Shown here one piece after another: positions 29,260-44,074 of a DNA stretch of 64,000 nucleotides (position 1 is the first letter of the stretch; every line of letters begins with the position of its first letter). The notes beneath the pieces were generated by a model. That model worked only from the letters and a program-made list of their open reading frames with translations. It was not told the origin of the DNA and did no database searches. The DNA comes from the human T2T-CHM13v2.0 reference genome, Homo sapiens, in the NCBI RefSeq assembly GCF_009914755.1, contig NC_060928.1; one strand, 5' to 3'. The translations under genes were made by a program, and so were the position numbers.

Positions 29260-29700
29260 TACAGGTACTGAAGAGGATAGGGTAAAGAAAGTACAGTTAA
29301 TAAATACAAAAATACAATTAGATAGAAGAAATAAGATCTAGTGTTTAGTATCACAACAGGGCAGCTTATTTAGCTAATACTAATTTATTGTATATTTCTA
29401 AATAACTAAATAACTAAGAGACTAGAATTAGAATGTTTCTAACACAAAAGTGCTAACAGCTTGAGGTGATGGATACTCCAATAACTCTGATTTGATCATT
29501 ACACATTATATGCTTTTATCAAAATATTACTTGTGCCCCATAAATATGTACACCTATTATGTATTTATAATAATGTAAAAATACTAGTACACTAAAAGAC
29601 CACACTTTACCACTTATCTTACATGAATGTAAGAAATCTGCACTTATAACCCCCTCAAAGTTGTAAAACATTTAAAAGAAATAACAAAGATTAAAACAAA
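29260..29700 (+). mobile_element. L1M 3'UTR fragments
   Basis: tagatagaagaaataagatctagtgtt...tgaggtgatggata...ccccataaatatgtacacctattat. Confidence 0.7.
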
Positions 29701-29769
29701 TTTTATTAAAACAACTTTATTGAGAGTTTAATTCCCTATGAAAACACTTTTGAACTCTTAGCAGATTGT

Positions 29770-30056
29770 TATTATTATTATTTCCTTCTGAGATGGGGTC
29801 TCTGTCACCCAGACTGGAGTGCAGTGGTGTGATCTTGGCTCACTGCAATCTCTGCCTCCTGGGCTCAAGTGATCCTCCCACCTCAGTCTCCTGAGTAGCT
29901 GGGACCAGAGGTGTGCCCCAACACTCCCAGCTATTTTTTATATTTTTAGTAGAGATAGTGGGATCTCACCATGTTGTCCAGGCTGGTCTTGAAATCCTGA
30001 GTTCAAGTGATGAGCCCACCTCAGTCTCCCAAATTGGTGAATCACCACACCTGGCC
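29770..30056 (-). mobile_element. AluJ
   Basis: Diverged dimeric Alu in antisense. Confidence 0.9.
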
Positions 30057-30504
30057 AGAAGATTATTTTTTTGAAAACAATTCCTTTACTGACATACAGG
30101 AGAACCTTGGATATGTTGTAGGTCTGGTTCCAGACCACCACAATAAAGTAAATATTGCAGTAAAGCAAGTCACAGAAATTATAGGTTTCCCAGCACATTT
30201 AAAGCTTATGTTTCCACTGTACTGTAGTCTATCAAGTGTGCAATAGCATTATGTCTAAAAAATGTACATAGCTTAATTAAAAATTACTTACTGATAAAAT
30301 GCTAATGATCATCTGATCCTTCAGCAAGTCATAATCATTTGCTGGTGGAGATTCTTGCCTCAATATTGGTAGCTGCTGACTGATCAGGGTGGTGGTTGCT
30401 GAAAGTTGAGGTGGCTGTTGCAATTTTTGTTGGTATGTAAGAATGCTTACTTTTTAAATTTTATTTCAATCTTTAATTTTTTTTGAGTACATAACAGTTG
30501 TTTC

Positions 30505-30802
30505 GGCCAGGTGTGGTGGCCCACACCTGTAATCCCAGCATTTTGGGAGGCCGAGGCAGGCAGATCACCTGAGGTCAGGAGTTCAAGACCAGCCTGGCCA
30601 ACATGGTGAAACCCCGTCTCTACTAAAAATACAAAAAATTAGCCAGTCATGGTGACATGCACCTGTAATCCCAGCTACTCAGGAGGCTGAGGCAGGAGAA
30701 TTGCTTGAACTCGGGAAGTGGAGGGTACAGAGAGCTGAGATTGTACCACTGCACTCTGACCTAGGTGACAGAGTGAGACTCTGTCTCAAAAAAAAAAAAA
30801 AA
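30505..30802 (+). mobile_element. AluSx-like, inside the L1MA 3'UTR
   Basis: Dimeric Alu with poly(A). Confidence 0.95.
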
Positions 30803-31134
30803 GTCGTATGTATTTATGAAGTATATGTGATATTTTGATAAAATCGTATGATGTGTAATGATCTGATCAAAATAATTAAGATATCCATCAGCTCAAGGAT
30901 TTATCATTTCTTTGTGTTTGGAACATTCCAAATCCACTCCTCTAGTTATTTTGGAATACACAATATATTTTTTTTAGTTCCAAGTATGAGTGAAAATATA
31001 CAATATCTGTCTTTCTGTGCTTGGCTTATTTCACTTAACATAATATCCTTCAGTTTTATTCATATCGTTGCAAATGACAGGATTTCATTTTTTCATGGCT
31101 GAATAGTATTCTATTATGTATCTATTATTAAAAA

Positions 31135-31172
31135 TAATGGCAAAAACAGCAATTACTTTTGCACCAATCTAA
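31135..31172. mobile_element. MADE1 (Hsmar1 MITE) half element
   Basis: taatggcaaaaacagcaattacttttgcaccaatctaa|ta matches one Hsmar1/MADE1 inverted-repeat arm. Confidence 0.8.
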
Positions 31173-34100
31173 TATACCACATTTTCTCTTTCCATTCATT
31201 GATGAAAAGTTAAGTTGATTCCATATCATGGCTATTGTGAATAGTGCTACAATAAACATGGGATTGCAGATATTCCTTCAATATACTAGTTTCCTTTTTT
31301 AAAATATATATCTAGCACTGGGCTTGCTGGAATTTCTATTTTAGTTTTTTGAGGAACCTCCATACTGTTTTCTAGCAGCTGTACTAATTTACATTCCAGC
31401 AGTTCATGAGTGTTTCCTTTGTTCTGCATCCTCATCAGCATCTATTACTTTTTGTATTTTTCATAAAAGCTATTTTAACTGAGGTAACATGATATCTCAT
31501 TGTGGCTTTAATTTACATTTCTTTGATGATTAGTGATTCTGAGCATTTTTTTAATATACTTGTTGATGATTTGTATGTTTGTCATTGAGAAATGTCTGTT
31601 CAGGTCTTTTGCACATTTAAAAATGGTATTATTTGTTTTTCTATTGAGGTATTTGAGTTTCTTATATATTCTGGTTCCTAATTTCTTCTCAGTTGAATAT
31701 TCTACAAATATTTCCTCCTATTTTTACCTTTGCTGTGCAGAAGATTTTTTTCATTGGTGTGATCCCATTTATGGATTTTTTTTTCTTTGATTGCCTGTGC
31801 TTTTGTGGTCTTATTCCAGAAATCTTTGATAAGACAAAAGTCCTTAAGTTTTTCCACAATGTTTTCTAATGGTAGTTTCATAATTTAGGTCTTACATATA
31901 AGTCTTTAATTAATTTTTATTTGATTTTTTATATGGTGAGAGATAGAGGTCTAGTTTCATTCTTCTCCATAATGGATATCCAGTTTCCCTAGAACCATTT
32001 GTTATATGGTCATTTCTTGTCAAACTTGTCATTTCCCCAATGTATGTTCCTGGCACCTTTGTTGAAAATGAACTGGTTGCAAACATGTGGATTTATTTCA
32101 TGGTTCTCTATTCTGTTCCATTCGTCTATGTGTCTGTTCTTATGACAGCACAATACTGTTTTGGTAACTATAAATTTGCAGTATAACTTGAAGTCAGGTA
32201 ATGTAATTCCTCAAGTTTTGTTCTTTTTGCTCAGAATTACTTTGGCTATTTGGGATCTTCTGTGATTCCATACAACTTTTAGGACTTAAACAAATTTTCT
32301 ATGAAGAATATCATTGGTATTTTGATGGGAATTGCATTGAATCTGTAGAGTGCTTGGGGTAGAATAGACATTTTAACAATATTAATTCTTCCAGGCCATG
32401 AACATGAAATATCTTCCCATTTTTGGTGTCCTCTTCAGTTTCTTTCATCAATATAGAGATCTCTTGCTTCTTTGGTTAAGTTTATTCCTGGGTATTTTAT
32501 TTTATTTGTTGCTATTATAAATGGGATTGCTCTCTTGATTTCCTTTTCAGATGTTTACTGTTGGCATATAGGAATGCTATTGATTTTTGTATGTTGATTT
32601 TGTATTGTCCAACTTTATTGAACTCATTTATCAGTTTTAACAGTTTTTCATTTTTAGTGGAGTCTTTAGGTTTTCTAAATATAAGATCATATCGTTTACA
32701 AACAAGAATAATTTGACTTCTTTCTAATTTGGATATGCTTTATTTCTTTCTCTTGTCTAACTACTCTGGCTATGAATTCCAGTACTATGTTGAATAAAAA
32801 TGGTGAAAATGGGCATCCTTGTCTTGTTCCAGATCTTACAGAAAAGGCTGTCAGTTTTTCCCATTCAGTATGATACTGTAGGTTTGTTACATATCGCCTT
32901 TATTGGATTGAGGTATATTTCTTTTATATCCAGTTTGATAACAGTTTTTAATCATGACATGACATTGAATTTTACCAAATGCTTTTTTAGCATCTTCTGA
33001 AATAGTCATCTATTTTTTGTCTTTCATTCTGTTGATGTAATGTTTCATGTTTATGGATTTGATGTGAATCTCACCTGATCATGATGAGTGATCTTTTTAA
33101 TGTGTTGTTGAATTTGGCATGCTAGTATTTGTTGAGGATTATTTTCATCTATATTAATCAATATTGGTCTGCAGTTTTTAATTTTTTTTCTTGTGGTAGT
33201 GTCTCTGCCTGGTTTTGGTATCAGGGTAATGCTGGCCCTAGAGAATGAGTTTGAAAGTATTCCCTCTTCCTAATATTTTCAGAATAGTATGAGTAGGATT
33301 GGTGTTAGCTTTTCTTTAAATGTTTGGTAGAATTAAGCATTGAAACCATCAAGTCCTGGGCTCTTCTTTGATGGGAGAGTTTTTATTACTGGCTCTATAC
33401 ATTACATAATATTGGGCTATTTAGGTTTTCTATTTCTTTATGGTTCAATATTAGGAGGTTGTATGTATTCAAGAATTTATCCTTTTCTTCTAGGTTTTCA
33501 AATTTATTGGCTTATAGTTGCACAATAGTAGTCTCTAATGATCCTTTAAATTTTTGAGCTATCAATTGTAATATCTAATTTTTCAACTCTGATTTTATTT
33601 ATTTATATTTTCTCTCCTTTCTTCTTTGGCTAAAGATTTGTCAAGTTTGGTTGTCTTTTCAAAAAAGCAACTTTTTATTGTATTGATCTTTTGATGTAGA
33701 TCTTTATTGTTATAAACTTCCCTCTTAGTCCTGCTTTTGCTGTATCCCACAAAGGTTTTTAAAAATAAGACAATAATGAAGTTTACCACATCAATTAACT
33801 CTTCTTTTCACAAAAGATTTCACTGTAGCATGCAATGCTATTTGATAGCATTTTACCCACAGTAGAATGTCTTTCAAAGTTGAAGTCAATACTCTCAAAC
33901 CCTGCTGCTGCTTTATCAGCTAAGTTTATATAATATTCTATATTGTTTATTATTATTTCAACAATGTTCACAGTATCTTGCCCAGAAGTAGATTCAATTT
34001 AAATAAACCACTTTCTTTGTTCATGCATAAGAAGCAGCTCCTCAACATTAAAGTTTGATTATGAGATTGCAGCAATTCAGTCACATCTTCAGGCTCCACA

Positions 34101-36434
34101 TTCTTGTTCTTTTGCTATTTCCACTACAACTGCAGTTACTTCCTTCACTGAAGTTTTGAACCCCTCAAAGTCATCTATGATGTTCTTAATGCTATCTAAA
34201 ATGGTGAATCTTTTCCAGAAGATTCTCAATTTACTTTTCCCAGATCCATCAGAGGAATCACTATGGCAGCTATTGCCTTACAAAATAAATTTCTGAAATA
34301 ATAAGACTTGAAAGTCTAACTTACTCTTTGATCCCTGGGCTGCAGAATGAATGTTGTGTCTTGTGTCAGCAGACATGAAAACAACATTAATCTCATATAT
34401 CTCTATCAGAGCTCTTGGGTTACTAGGTGCATTGCCAATGAGCAGTGATATTTTGAAAGGAATCTTATTTTCTGAACAGTGAGTCTTAACAATGGATTTA
34501 AAATATTCATTAAACCATGCCATGAACAAATGTGTCATCATCCATGCTGTGTTGTTCATTTTATAGGGCACTGGCAGAATAGACAGCATAATTTTTAAGG
34601 GCCCTAGGATTTTTGGAATAACAAATGAGCACTGGCTTAACTTCAAGTCACCAGCTGCACTAACCCTTAGTAACAGAGTCTGCCTGTCATTTGAAGATTT
34701 GAAGTCAGGCATTGACTTCTCCTCTCTAGCTATGAAAGTCCTAGATGGAATCTTTTTACAATGTAAGACTGTTTTGTCTACATTGAAAATCTGTTCTTTA
34801 ATATAGCCACCTCATCAATGATCTTAACTAGGTCCTTTAGATAACTTGCTGCAGCTTTTCAACACTTGCTGCTTTGCCTTGCACTTTTATGTTATGGAGA
34901 TGGCTTCTTTCCTTATACCTCAGGAACCAAACTCTGCTGGCCACAAGTTTTCTTCTGCAGCTTCTTCAACTCTTTGAGCTTTTATAGCATTGAAAAGAGC
35001 TAGATCCTTGACACGTATTAGGCTTTGGCTTAAGGAAATGTTGTGGCTTGTTTGATCTTGTATCCAGACCACTTAAACTCTATATCAGCAATAAGGCTGC
35101 TTTGTTTGCTTACCATTTGGTGTTCACTGGAGTAGCACTTTTAATTTCCATTAATAACTCTTACTTTCCATTCAGAACTTGGCTGTTTGGTGCAAGAGGC
35201 CTAGCTTTCAGCCTGTGTTGGGTTTTGATATGTCTTCCTCACTAAGCTTAATCATTTCTAGCTTAACTCACTCAAATAGCGAGTGACATTGTGACTCTTT
35301 CATTTCAACACTTAGAGGACATTGTATGGTTATTAATTGGCTTAATTTCAACATTGTTATATGTTAGGAAATAGGGAGTCTCAAGGAGAGGAAGAGAGTC
35401 AGGAGCACATGGAGCAGTCAGAACATATACATTTGCTGATGAACTTCACTTTCTTACATGGGCATGGTTCGTGAAGCTCCAAAACAATTACCAGAGTAAC
35501 ATCAATGATCTCTGATCATAGGTCACCAGAACAGATATAATAATAATAAAAAGTTAAAAATATGGTGACTATTGCCAAAATGTGACACGAAAAAATGAAG
35601 TGACACATGCTACCAGCAAAATGGCACCAATAGTTTTGCTCGATGCAGGATTGTCACAAACCTTTAATTTGTAAAAAGCACAATATCTGCAAGGTGTAAT
35701 AAAGCATAGTGAGATAAAATGATGTATGCCTGTATGTGTTAGGTTGAAATTCACCTATAAATAATATTTCTAGTAGTCAATGCTTTATAGAGATAACACA
35801 GAACACTATACATAATTAGCTATACATGATACTCTATTTAGACTGTAAGCTAGATATACTTTTCCAAATGTGTACAACTCCATTCAATTTCATTTTATTT
35901 CATTTTTTATAAGAGAATGAGGTTTTAGATGAAAAGGGAGTGGCAAACGGTGGCTTAAACGTGGAGGAGTTAGAAAGAATAAAAGTGAAAGAAACTCCCA
36001 GGTAGGAGCAATAGACTTATTGCAGAGTAGTTAATAGGTAAAGGAAGTGAAACATTTTAGCCTTGAAAAGAGGCAGAACACTTGGAAGCTTTAGTTAAAT
36101 ATATGAAAGGCTGTAGTGAGGAACAGATTTCAAAAACAGTGTTAGAACACTTTATGAGTAAAAACTCAGATTACACAGTTTCTATGAGAAAAATGACTCA
36201 CAGCTAGCTATCCAGAGCACAATGAATTGTCTCCAGTGCTATTATGTTTTTCTGTTTTTTTTTTTTCTCTGTTGTTGGAGGTCCTCAGGAAGAGTGAGTA
36301 ACCATTTATTACATGAATTAAATAACTATAAGCTACCAGATAAACTGTGGAAATAGATGGAAGTAGGCTCCCTCACAACTCTGAGATTCTAGTTTTCATC
36401 AGAAGGAGCTTGTCTTAAAGCTGATTAATCATAG

Positions 36435-36787
<353 letters not shown>

Positions 36788-37349
36788 CTACATGTTTTAA
36801 TTGGTACTGCAAGGCATTAGTTTTTGGCAGGCATTTTTCTTAACCAATTATGGACATTAAAATTCTGTGAAAATAGATGTAAATTATTTTATATTTATCC
36901 TCCTAAAGAATGAATGGCTTCAGAAGAAATCTTACTATACTTATATAAAAATATAGGTGTTTTTCATTCATGAAAAATGAACACTTTTTTGAGTATCCTC
37001 ATTCTAAATATTATTCATATGGACATAAGAGTTATTCTAAAATCCTCCCTTTTTCTCACTTCCTTTGCACTGTTGAAGTCTTATGCATCCAATTTCTGAC
37101 ATCACCAAATCTGTTCTTTCCCTCTTTTCTATCAATGCTTGGATCTTGAAATGTCCTCATAATGAGTTTCCCTGCTGTGGCTCTTTCCTTGCTTTCTTCA
37201 CAATATCTCCAAAGTTGTCTTTAAAAATATTTTCCTACGTCTTCACTTTCTAGAAGATTAACTGCAATTTTGCTCATGTTTTACAACAGTGACACTAGAC
37301 ATCTTATCTTTCCCCACAAACCTACTATATTGTGGGAAATATATTAGGA

Positions 37350-37865
37350 AATAAGGAGTCTCAGTCAGAGCTCCAAGGAAAATAGATGACATGCAAGAAT
37401 GTGCAAACTGAAGAGAGTTTAATGAAGAGGACATTTACAAAGTTATCGGTAGACTTCAAGGAAATTGATGTAGAATGAATGTTATCCAGGACTAGCAATG
37501 CCAGGGAGTGGGTACCCCACTTCTTCAGGTGTGAAGGGTGAAAGGATCCTAGAATCTGAAATGAAGATATGAAGCTCTAGGAGATGAACATCCAATAAGA
37601 GATATGCTTACAGGTTGGAGGCTTAGCCAATTTGCAGCACTCCTGAAAGGAAGGAGTGGTAGACACGTCCGAAAGCCACTCTCATCATTTCCTCCCATTT
37701 CCTCCATGTGTCTCCCATTAGGCAACACCAAGAAAAGGCCAAAGAGCAAGGGACCCTATTGGTGCAATCCACACAGGTATTTAGCCTGAGTGGAGGGGAG
37801 GGGGCAGAGAAAAGAAAGAAATGATAAGGAGTAGATCTGAACCGAAAAATCGAAATTATCCCTCT
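37350..37865 (-). mobile_element. Old ERVL-type solo LTR (LTR33/LTR41-like)
   Basis: gaagagagtttaatgaagaggacatttacaaag and ctcccattaggcaacacca...gagcaaggga motifs; heavily diverged. Confidence 0.45.
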
Positions 37866-38474
37866 TGCTCATACCTTTTATTTATATAATTGGCAAATTT
37901 CTACCCATGCTTTAATTTCCACTCAGATACAGAATAATCACTCTGAATTATTTCCTTTCTATTCTTCCATAGCTAGTTTTTTGCACACTCAGTGCTTCAA
38001 AGATATTGTGCTTAGACTTTGATTTCACCTCATTGTTCTAAATGAGCTACGAGAGGAAAAAGATACTGATTTATTCTTCTCTGTGTTCTGTAGCACTCAC
38101 CTTGCAGCTTCTGGCTCACAGGAGTCAATATAATTGTTAAGCAGTGAATGCAAATAATTGTTTAACATTTGTACAGATAGATGAATAATTGTTCACAAAT
38201 GAGGACTTCAGCATGTATATAGATTTTAAAATAAGTAGTTTTCTTAACTTTGCTAAATAGAAATAACAAACATAACACTATCATAACGTTAAAATTACAC
38301 TACATAACACAATATATTCAAAGAGCTAGATAATGTCAGATGCAGTAGACAGTCAACCTAAGTTATCCTAACCTATATTAAATATAATAGTGAAATTAAC
38401 ACAGGAAGAAAAACAGCTATAGAGACAAGATGCAGACAAAGACAAACAAATATAGTGTGTTAAAAGTGGTTCTT

Positions 38475-39832
38475 CAGAATAAAGAATCCAGAAATAAGAC
38501 TACACATCTAAGACTATCTGATCTTAGACAAACCTGATAAAAACAAGCAGTGGGGAAAGGATTCTCTATTTCATAAATGGTGCTGGGATAACTGGTTAGC
38601 CATATGCAGAAAATTGAAACTGGACCCCTTCCTTACACCATATACAAAAATTAATCAAGATGGATTAAAGACTTAAATGCAAAACCCCATAAAAACCCTG
38701 GAAGACAATCTAGGCAATACCATTCAAGACATAGGCACGGGCAAAGATTTTATGACAAAGTTTCCAAAAGCAATTGCAGCGAAAGCAAAAATAGACAAAA
38801 GGGATCATATTAAACTAAAGAGATTCTTCACAGCAAAAGAAACTATCAAGAGTAAACAGCCAACCTACAGAATGGGAGAATATTTTTGCAATCTATGCAT
38901 CTGACAAATGTCTAGTATCCAGCATCTATAAAGAACTTAACAAATTTACAAGAAAAAAATAAGCAACCCCATTAAAAAGTGGACAAAGGACGAGAACAGA
39001 CATTTCTCAAAAGAAGACATACATGTGGCCAACAAACATATGAGAAAAACTCAACATCACTGATCATTAGAGAAATGCATATCAAAACCACAATGAGATA
39101 CCGTCTCACACCAGTCAGAATGTCTATTATTAAAAAGTCAAAAAGCAACAGATGCTGGTGAGGTTGTGGAGAAAAAGGAACACTTTTACACTGTTGGTAG
39201 GAGTATAAATTATTTCAATCATTGTGGAAGACGGTGTGGTGATTCCTCAAAGATGTAGAAGTGGAAATACTATTCGACCCAGCAATCCCATTACTGATAT
39301 ATACCCAAAGGAATATAAATCATTCTATTATAAGGACACATGCATGTGTATGTTTATTGCAGCACTATTCACAAAAACAAAGACATATAATCAACCTAAT
39401 GCCCATCAGCAATAGACTAGATAAAGAAAATGTGGTACATATACCACGGAATACTATGCAGCCCTAAAAAGGAATGAGATTATGTCCTTTGCAGGGACAT
39501 AAATTGAGTTGGAGGCTATTATCCTTAGCAAACTAATGCAGGAACAGAAAACCAAATACTGCATGCTCTTATTTAGAAGTGGGAGCTAAATGATGAGAAC
39601 ACTTGGACACATAAGGGAGAACAACACACACTGGGGCCTTTTGGAGTGTGGAGGGTGGGAGGAAGAAGAGCATCATGAAGGATAACTAATGGATGCTGGG
39701 CTTAATACCTAGGTGATGAAACGATCTGTTTGGCAAACCACCATGGTACAAGTTTACCTATGTAACAAACCTGTACATCCTGCACATGTACCCTTGATCA
39801 TAAAATAAAAGCTGGAAATAAGAAAAAAGAAA
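38475..39832 (+). mobile_element. Older L1PA (L1PA13-16-like), 5'-truncated
   Basis: Broken ORF2 C-terminus, 3'UTR gggcttaatacctaggtgatg; TSD aaaagtggttctt (38462-38474) / aaaggtggttctt (39833-39845). Confidence 0.9.
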
Positions 39833-42407
39833 AAAGGTGGTTCTTAGGTAGTTGTGAGTGGCATAGAAAGAAAAAAAAAAGCATATGCCAAATTCTGATA
39901 TGAGGATTAAATAAAACTTTGGATATTGTCCCTAGCTTTTCAACAGAAACCTGTTTCATCAAGGTAATGTAGCATAGGTTATCTTTCTTCTAAATCTCTC
40001 CGTTTAAAACAGTTTTGTTGAATGGAGAGTAATGAGATCTTCTGTGCAACTTGAATAATGGCAACTAGTGCTCAGTGATTCAAGGATTAAATGGAAATAT
40101 TCAGTGTGACTCTTGGAGACTTTGTAAATTCATTGGATGTACTAGGAATTCATTCCTTTCAGTTATGTCTGATGTTGATCTACACTGTATCAATTTTTTT
40201 TATCAGTTAAATAGTAGCTTGTGGCAGTGCCAGTGTATTCTCTTTAAATTTGCAAAGATGATGGTGGCCAACAAGCATGAGGATTTCCAAATCTTAAGGG
40301 TATGTAAGTTGTGAAGATGGAAATATCTATTTAGTTGTGCAAGTGGAATAAAGCAAGTATTAGATAACTTCAAAATTCAGATAACAAAGATGAGAATCAG
40401 AAACTTTTCCATAGTTGGCTTTTCTTTTTAATTGTATTTTCATCTTATTAAAATTGATTTAAGCACAAACTATTAAGTTACTTTTTAAAACTTTAAAAAT
40501 CACCTCCATTCATTTATTCATTCATTTATCCATACAACAAATATGCATTGAGTGCCAAATAAATGAAAGCATTATTCTAGAATGTGTGACTATAAAGGTA
40601 CACAAAATAGATAGCAGTGGGTACTACGCAGAAAGATAAAACAGATTAAGTGGATAGAAAATGATGTGAGTCTGCTGTTTTAGAGTGGTCAGTTCATGCA
40701 TGAGATACACTTAGAAAATAAAAGGTAGTTGCTTTTTTTTTTTTTAACAGCTGCTTCTCTGTCCTCACACCACATCTATAAGATTATTTTATTTTAATAA
40801 TCTTTTCTCTTTGAGGGCCATAAGTCTTCTCAGTCTTTCTGAGCTCATGGGAGGCAAATGACTTATTAGTAATATAATCTGACTTCAAAAAGCAAGTATT
40901 TTCCAGTTCTGTCATTTTCATGTCTCACCACTGAAGAAAATCAGGGATGCCAGAAAGTTCACACCAAATTATTAATTTTCTGTATGGTGGATTTCAGTTC
41001 CATTAATTTAAGAACATTATTATGATTACTCTATAAATTTCATAAAGTGCTAACTGACATCCTCTATGTTGCATTACTGTGTAAATACAGGAAATTAAAG
41101 TTTTTAGTTCTGGAGGCCCTAACTATGCCCATTTGCATTGCTTTCTTATAGGTAAAAGCCAATCATAATCCTGAATTTATATTCTTCTCTTCGAAAACAG
41201 TAAAATGGAAGTCATACTTTCTGAGTAGAACTGTGTGTATTTCTTTGAGATGACAGTGTGGCGTATAAATAATGGCTGTTATGGTTACCTTAATAGCAGC
41301 ATATTTCAAACCTCAGGACTGGAATTGTTAGGTGGTGAAAGTATTCTGAGGGGATCATCATATCTGATTCCTATAAACCATAACTCCAAATAAATATTTG
41401 AAGTAGTAGTAGTACTTTTGGTTTTCCTGAAACGGGTGCAAAGAGCTCCCACATCAGATGTCCTTTCATTCTCAGGTTTTATATGCATTGAAAAGACATC
41501 TCAATAACAACCCTTTGTGGAGTAATTGCTGACTTTGAGGAAGCTGGGGGAGAGGAGATGGTATGAATCCTTTTAATTGAGCTCTACTTGTTTTATGAGA
41601 CACCCCCTTTAAAATAACTCCCTTTAAAGTTTTAGTTTGAGGATACAAATTTAAATTTATGTAATAACATTCCATAATATAATGGTGACTGTAGATAACT
41701 GCAGGGAAAGGTAAGTAGAATGATGGTTTGTAATGAAAGCTCTCCATTGGCAGATAAATAAAAGATTGGATATCAATTATCTCTAACAAAAGGTACACTG
41801 GAACTACATAGAATGCAGAAGCTGGGGCAGACTAACAATACAAGCTCTATTATATATATATTTTTAAATATGGAGTAGTTTGGTGTGATAAACCCTTAAA
41901 TCCCATTCAATGAGAAGCTGTATTATTATATTGCTAAGTAATTATGTTTCTTTATAGTACTCTTAAATCCTCTAATTGAAAGCACTTGTTATGCCTCAAA
42001 TTATACTGTCAGACTGTGCTCAAGCTATGTGCAGTACTTGAGAACAGATAAAAGTAGAGTGCTTTTGAGGGTTTCATCACCCATTTGATGAAACATATGG
42101 GATGTTTCATCATATGGGTGACGTTTACATAAACAATAAAAAAAGCCCATATGAGCTTGGGTACTTTTTATTGTTAGCAAGTAGAACTAACCAATTGAAG
42201 CAGCAGTCACACCTACAGAACAGAAAGAAAATGGTGCTTAGTCTGTAGAAATTTTTATTCTATTGAGATAAGGAGGAATGTTTAAGCTTGTTTGGAGAAA
42301 AAAAATCTGAGCAGACCTAGTAAAAATCAAACAACATGTATTATAATAGAAACCAGTATGGAAATTTGCTCTGGTAACAATCCATTAGAAAGTTTCCAGA
42401 TTAAGTG

Positions 42408-42513
42408 ATATATATATATATATATACATACATACACACACACACACACACATATATATATACACATATATATACATATATATACACATATATATATCAC
42501 TTAATATATATAT
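42408..42513. repeat. Compound (TA)n/(CA)n microsatellite
   Basis: Directly visible. Confidence 0.95.
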
Positions 42514-44074
42514 TTCTCATTATTGTCAAGTGAAAATGCAATAAGAACTATATACAGAATATTTTCTCATTTGTACCCTAACAGATAGCTAAGAATAGAA
42601 ATCTGTACAGAAGGCTACTTTTTCAGGTCTCATCATCATTTACCTAAGTCATCTATCACCTGAAATTACTGTTGACAACTATAGATTTTCTGGTTTTGTT
42701 TTCTCACCATGAGGATCTTTTAAACTCTCTATAATAAGCCATTTCATCTATGTTCTCACTTAATAGGGTAATAGGGCTATTAGGAAATTGAACATTATTT
42801 TGATAGCTATGTTTCTACATCTACCTCTTTGATAACAGCATTCACATTTTTTCAAAAGAAAACTCTAATTATAGGAGTAGTTTTATTTCTGTTAAGTTAT
42901 TTTTTCTCTAAGCTTTCTCTTTCTTCCTTATATTTTTTTTCTATTTTAATAGGTTTGCTTTCTCTTGCTAAGATAAACTATTTTATTGAAAATAGAGCAT
43001 AATATTCTTCCTTTTAAAATATTACACTCAACAGATTTGCTTGTTTTCTTTAAACTGGTAAAATAGGATATTTAAAAAAATATTTACCAAATTCAAGATA
43101 AAATGTCACTTTAGTTATTCAGAGGCAGTCAAATCACATACAGTATTCCACACACCCCAACAAATACAAAGTCACATTCCTACGTGTTATGAAGGATCTC
43201 TCAATTCCACTCACTTTTTGATGCTAAAAACTGTATCTCAAAATATAGTGTCTCTCTCTCACGGCCTAAATATAACATCAGAAATTTATTAGATATATCC
43301 TTCTTGTTTTGTCATAACATCTCTCATTTATAATTCATTTGAAATCATAGATCATAAAATTTGTAGCTTAATGGACCTTATATAACGGCATAGGTATATT
43401 AAAAGTAAAATGGTAGAAAAAGATCTACCATGTACATCAAGGCAAAGAAAATTACCAGAGATTCTTTATCTTGTTTAATGCTTAAAGGATCAATTTACCA
43501 AGAAGACGAAATAATCCTAAATGCACATAATAACGGTGCTTCAAAATACGTGAATCAAAAATTGACTGAAATAAATGGTCAGATCCACAAATTCACAATT
43601 ATAATTTTGCATTTCATAATCTTTTTAGAACTTATAAAATTAGTAGATAGAAAATCAGTGAGAACATAGAAAAACTAAATAACTCCACCAATGAACTGCA
43701 TCTAACTGACATTTATGGAGCACTGAGTCAAACAAGAGCAGAATATATACTTTTCAAGTACAAATAGGCATTTACCAAGATGACCCATATTCTAGAATAG
43801 AAAACAAAATTTTAAAAGTGCAAAAAATTAAAACAAATATATATTCTTAGATAATAATGGAATTAAACTGGAAATCAATAACAGGAAAGAGAAAAATTTC
43901 CAAACTTGGAAATTACACAAAACACTCTTAAATAATTCATGTATTCATGTTTATTAGTTTTATTTGGTGTGTAATAACTTGTCATCAACTTAGTAGCTTA
44001 ATACTTTAAAAATTAATTATTATTATTCACCCACTCTTATTCTGGTCTGTAAAACAACACCTTTTAAATTCTTG

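Larger units (their letters stand above)
30450..33755 (-). mobile_element. L1MA 3' ~3 kb inserted in Tigger1
   Basis: Antisense L1MA 3'UTR followed by continuous degenerate ORF2. Confidence 0.85.
30097..35732 (-). mobile_element. Tigger1 (TcMar/pogo) DNA transposon, near full length, split by an L1 (pieces 30097-~30428 and ~33760-35732)
   Basis: TA-flanked TIRs (ta|caggagaacct ... atgtatgcctg|ta); ORF 34278-34712 gives a degenerate pogo DDE segment (NNTAWMMTHLFMAWF...KISLLIGNAP). Confidence 0.9.

Noticed and set aside
34278-34712. Possible domesticated TIGD-like transposase
   Set aside because: Short frameshifted fragment with a degenerate catalytic motif inside an interrupted Tigger1.
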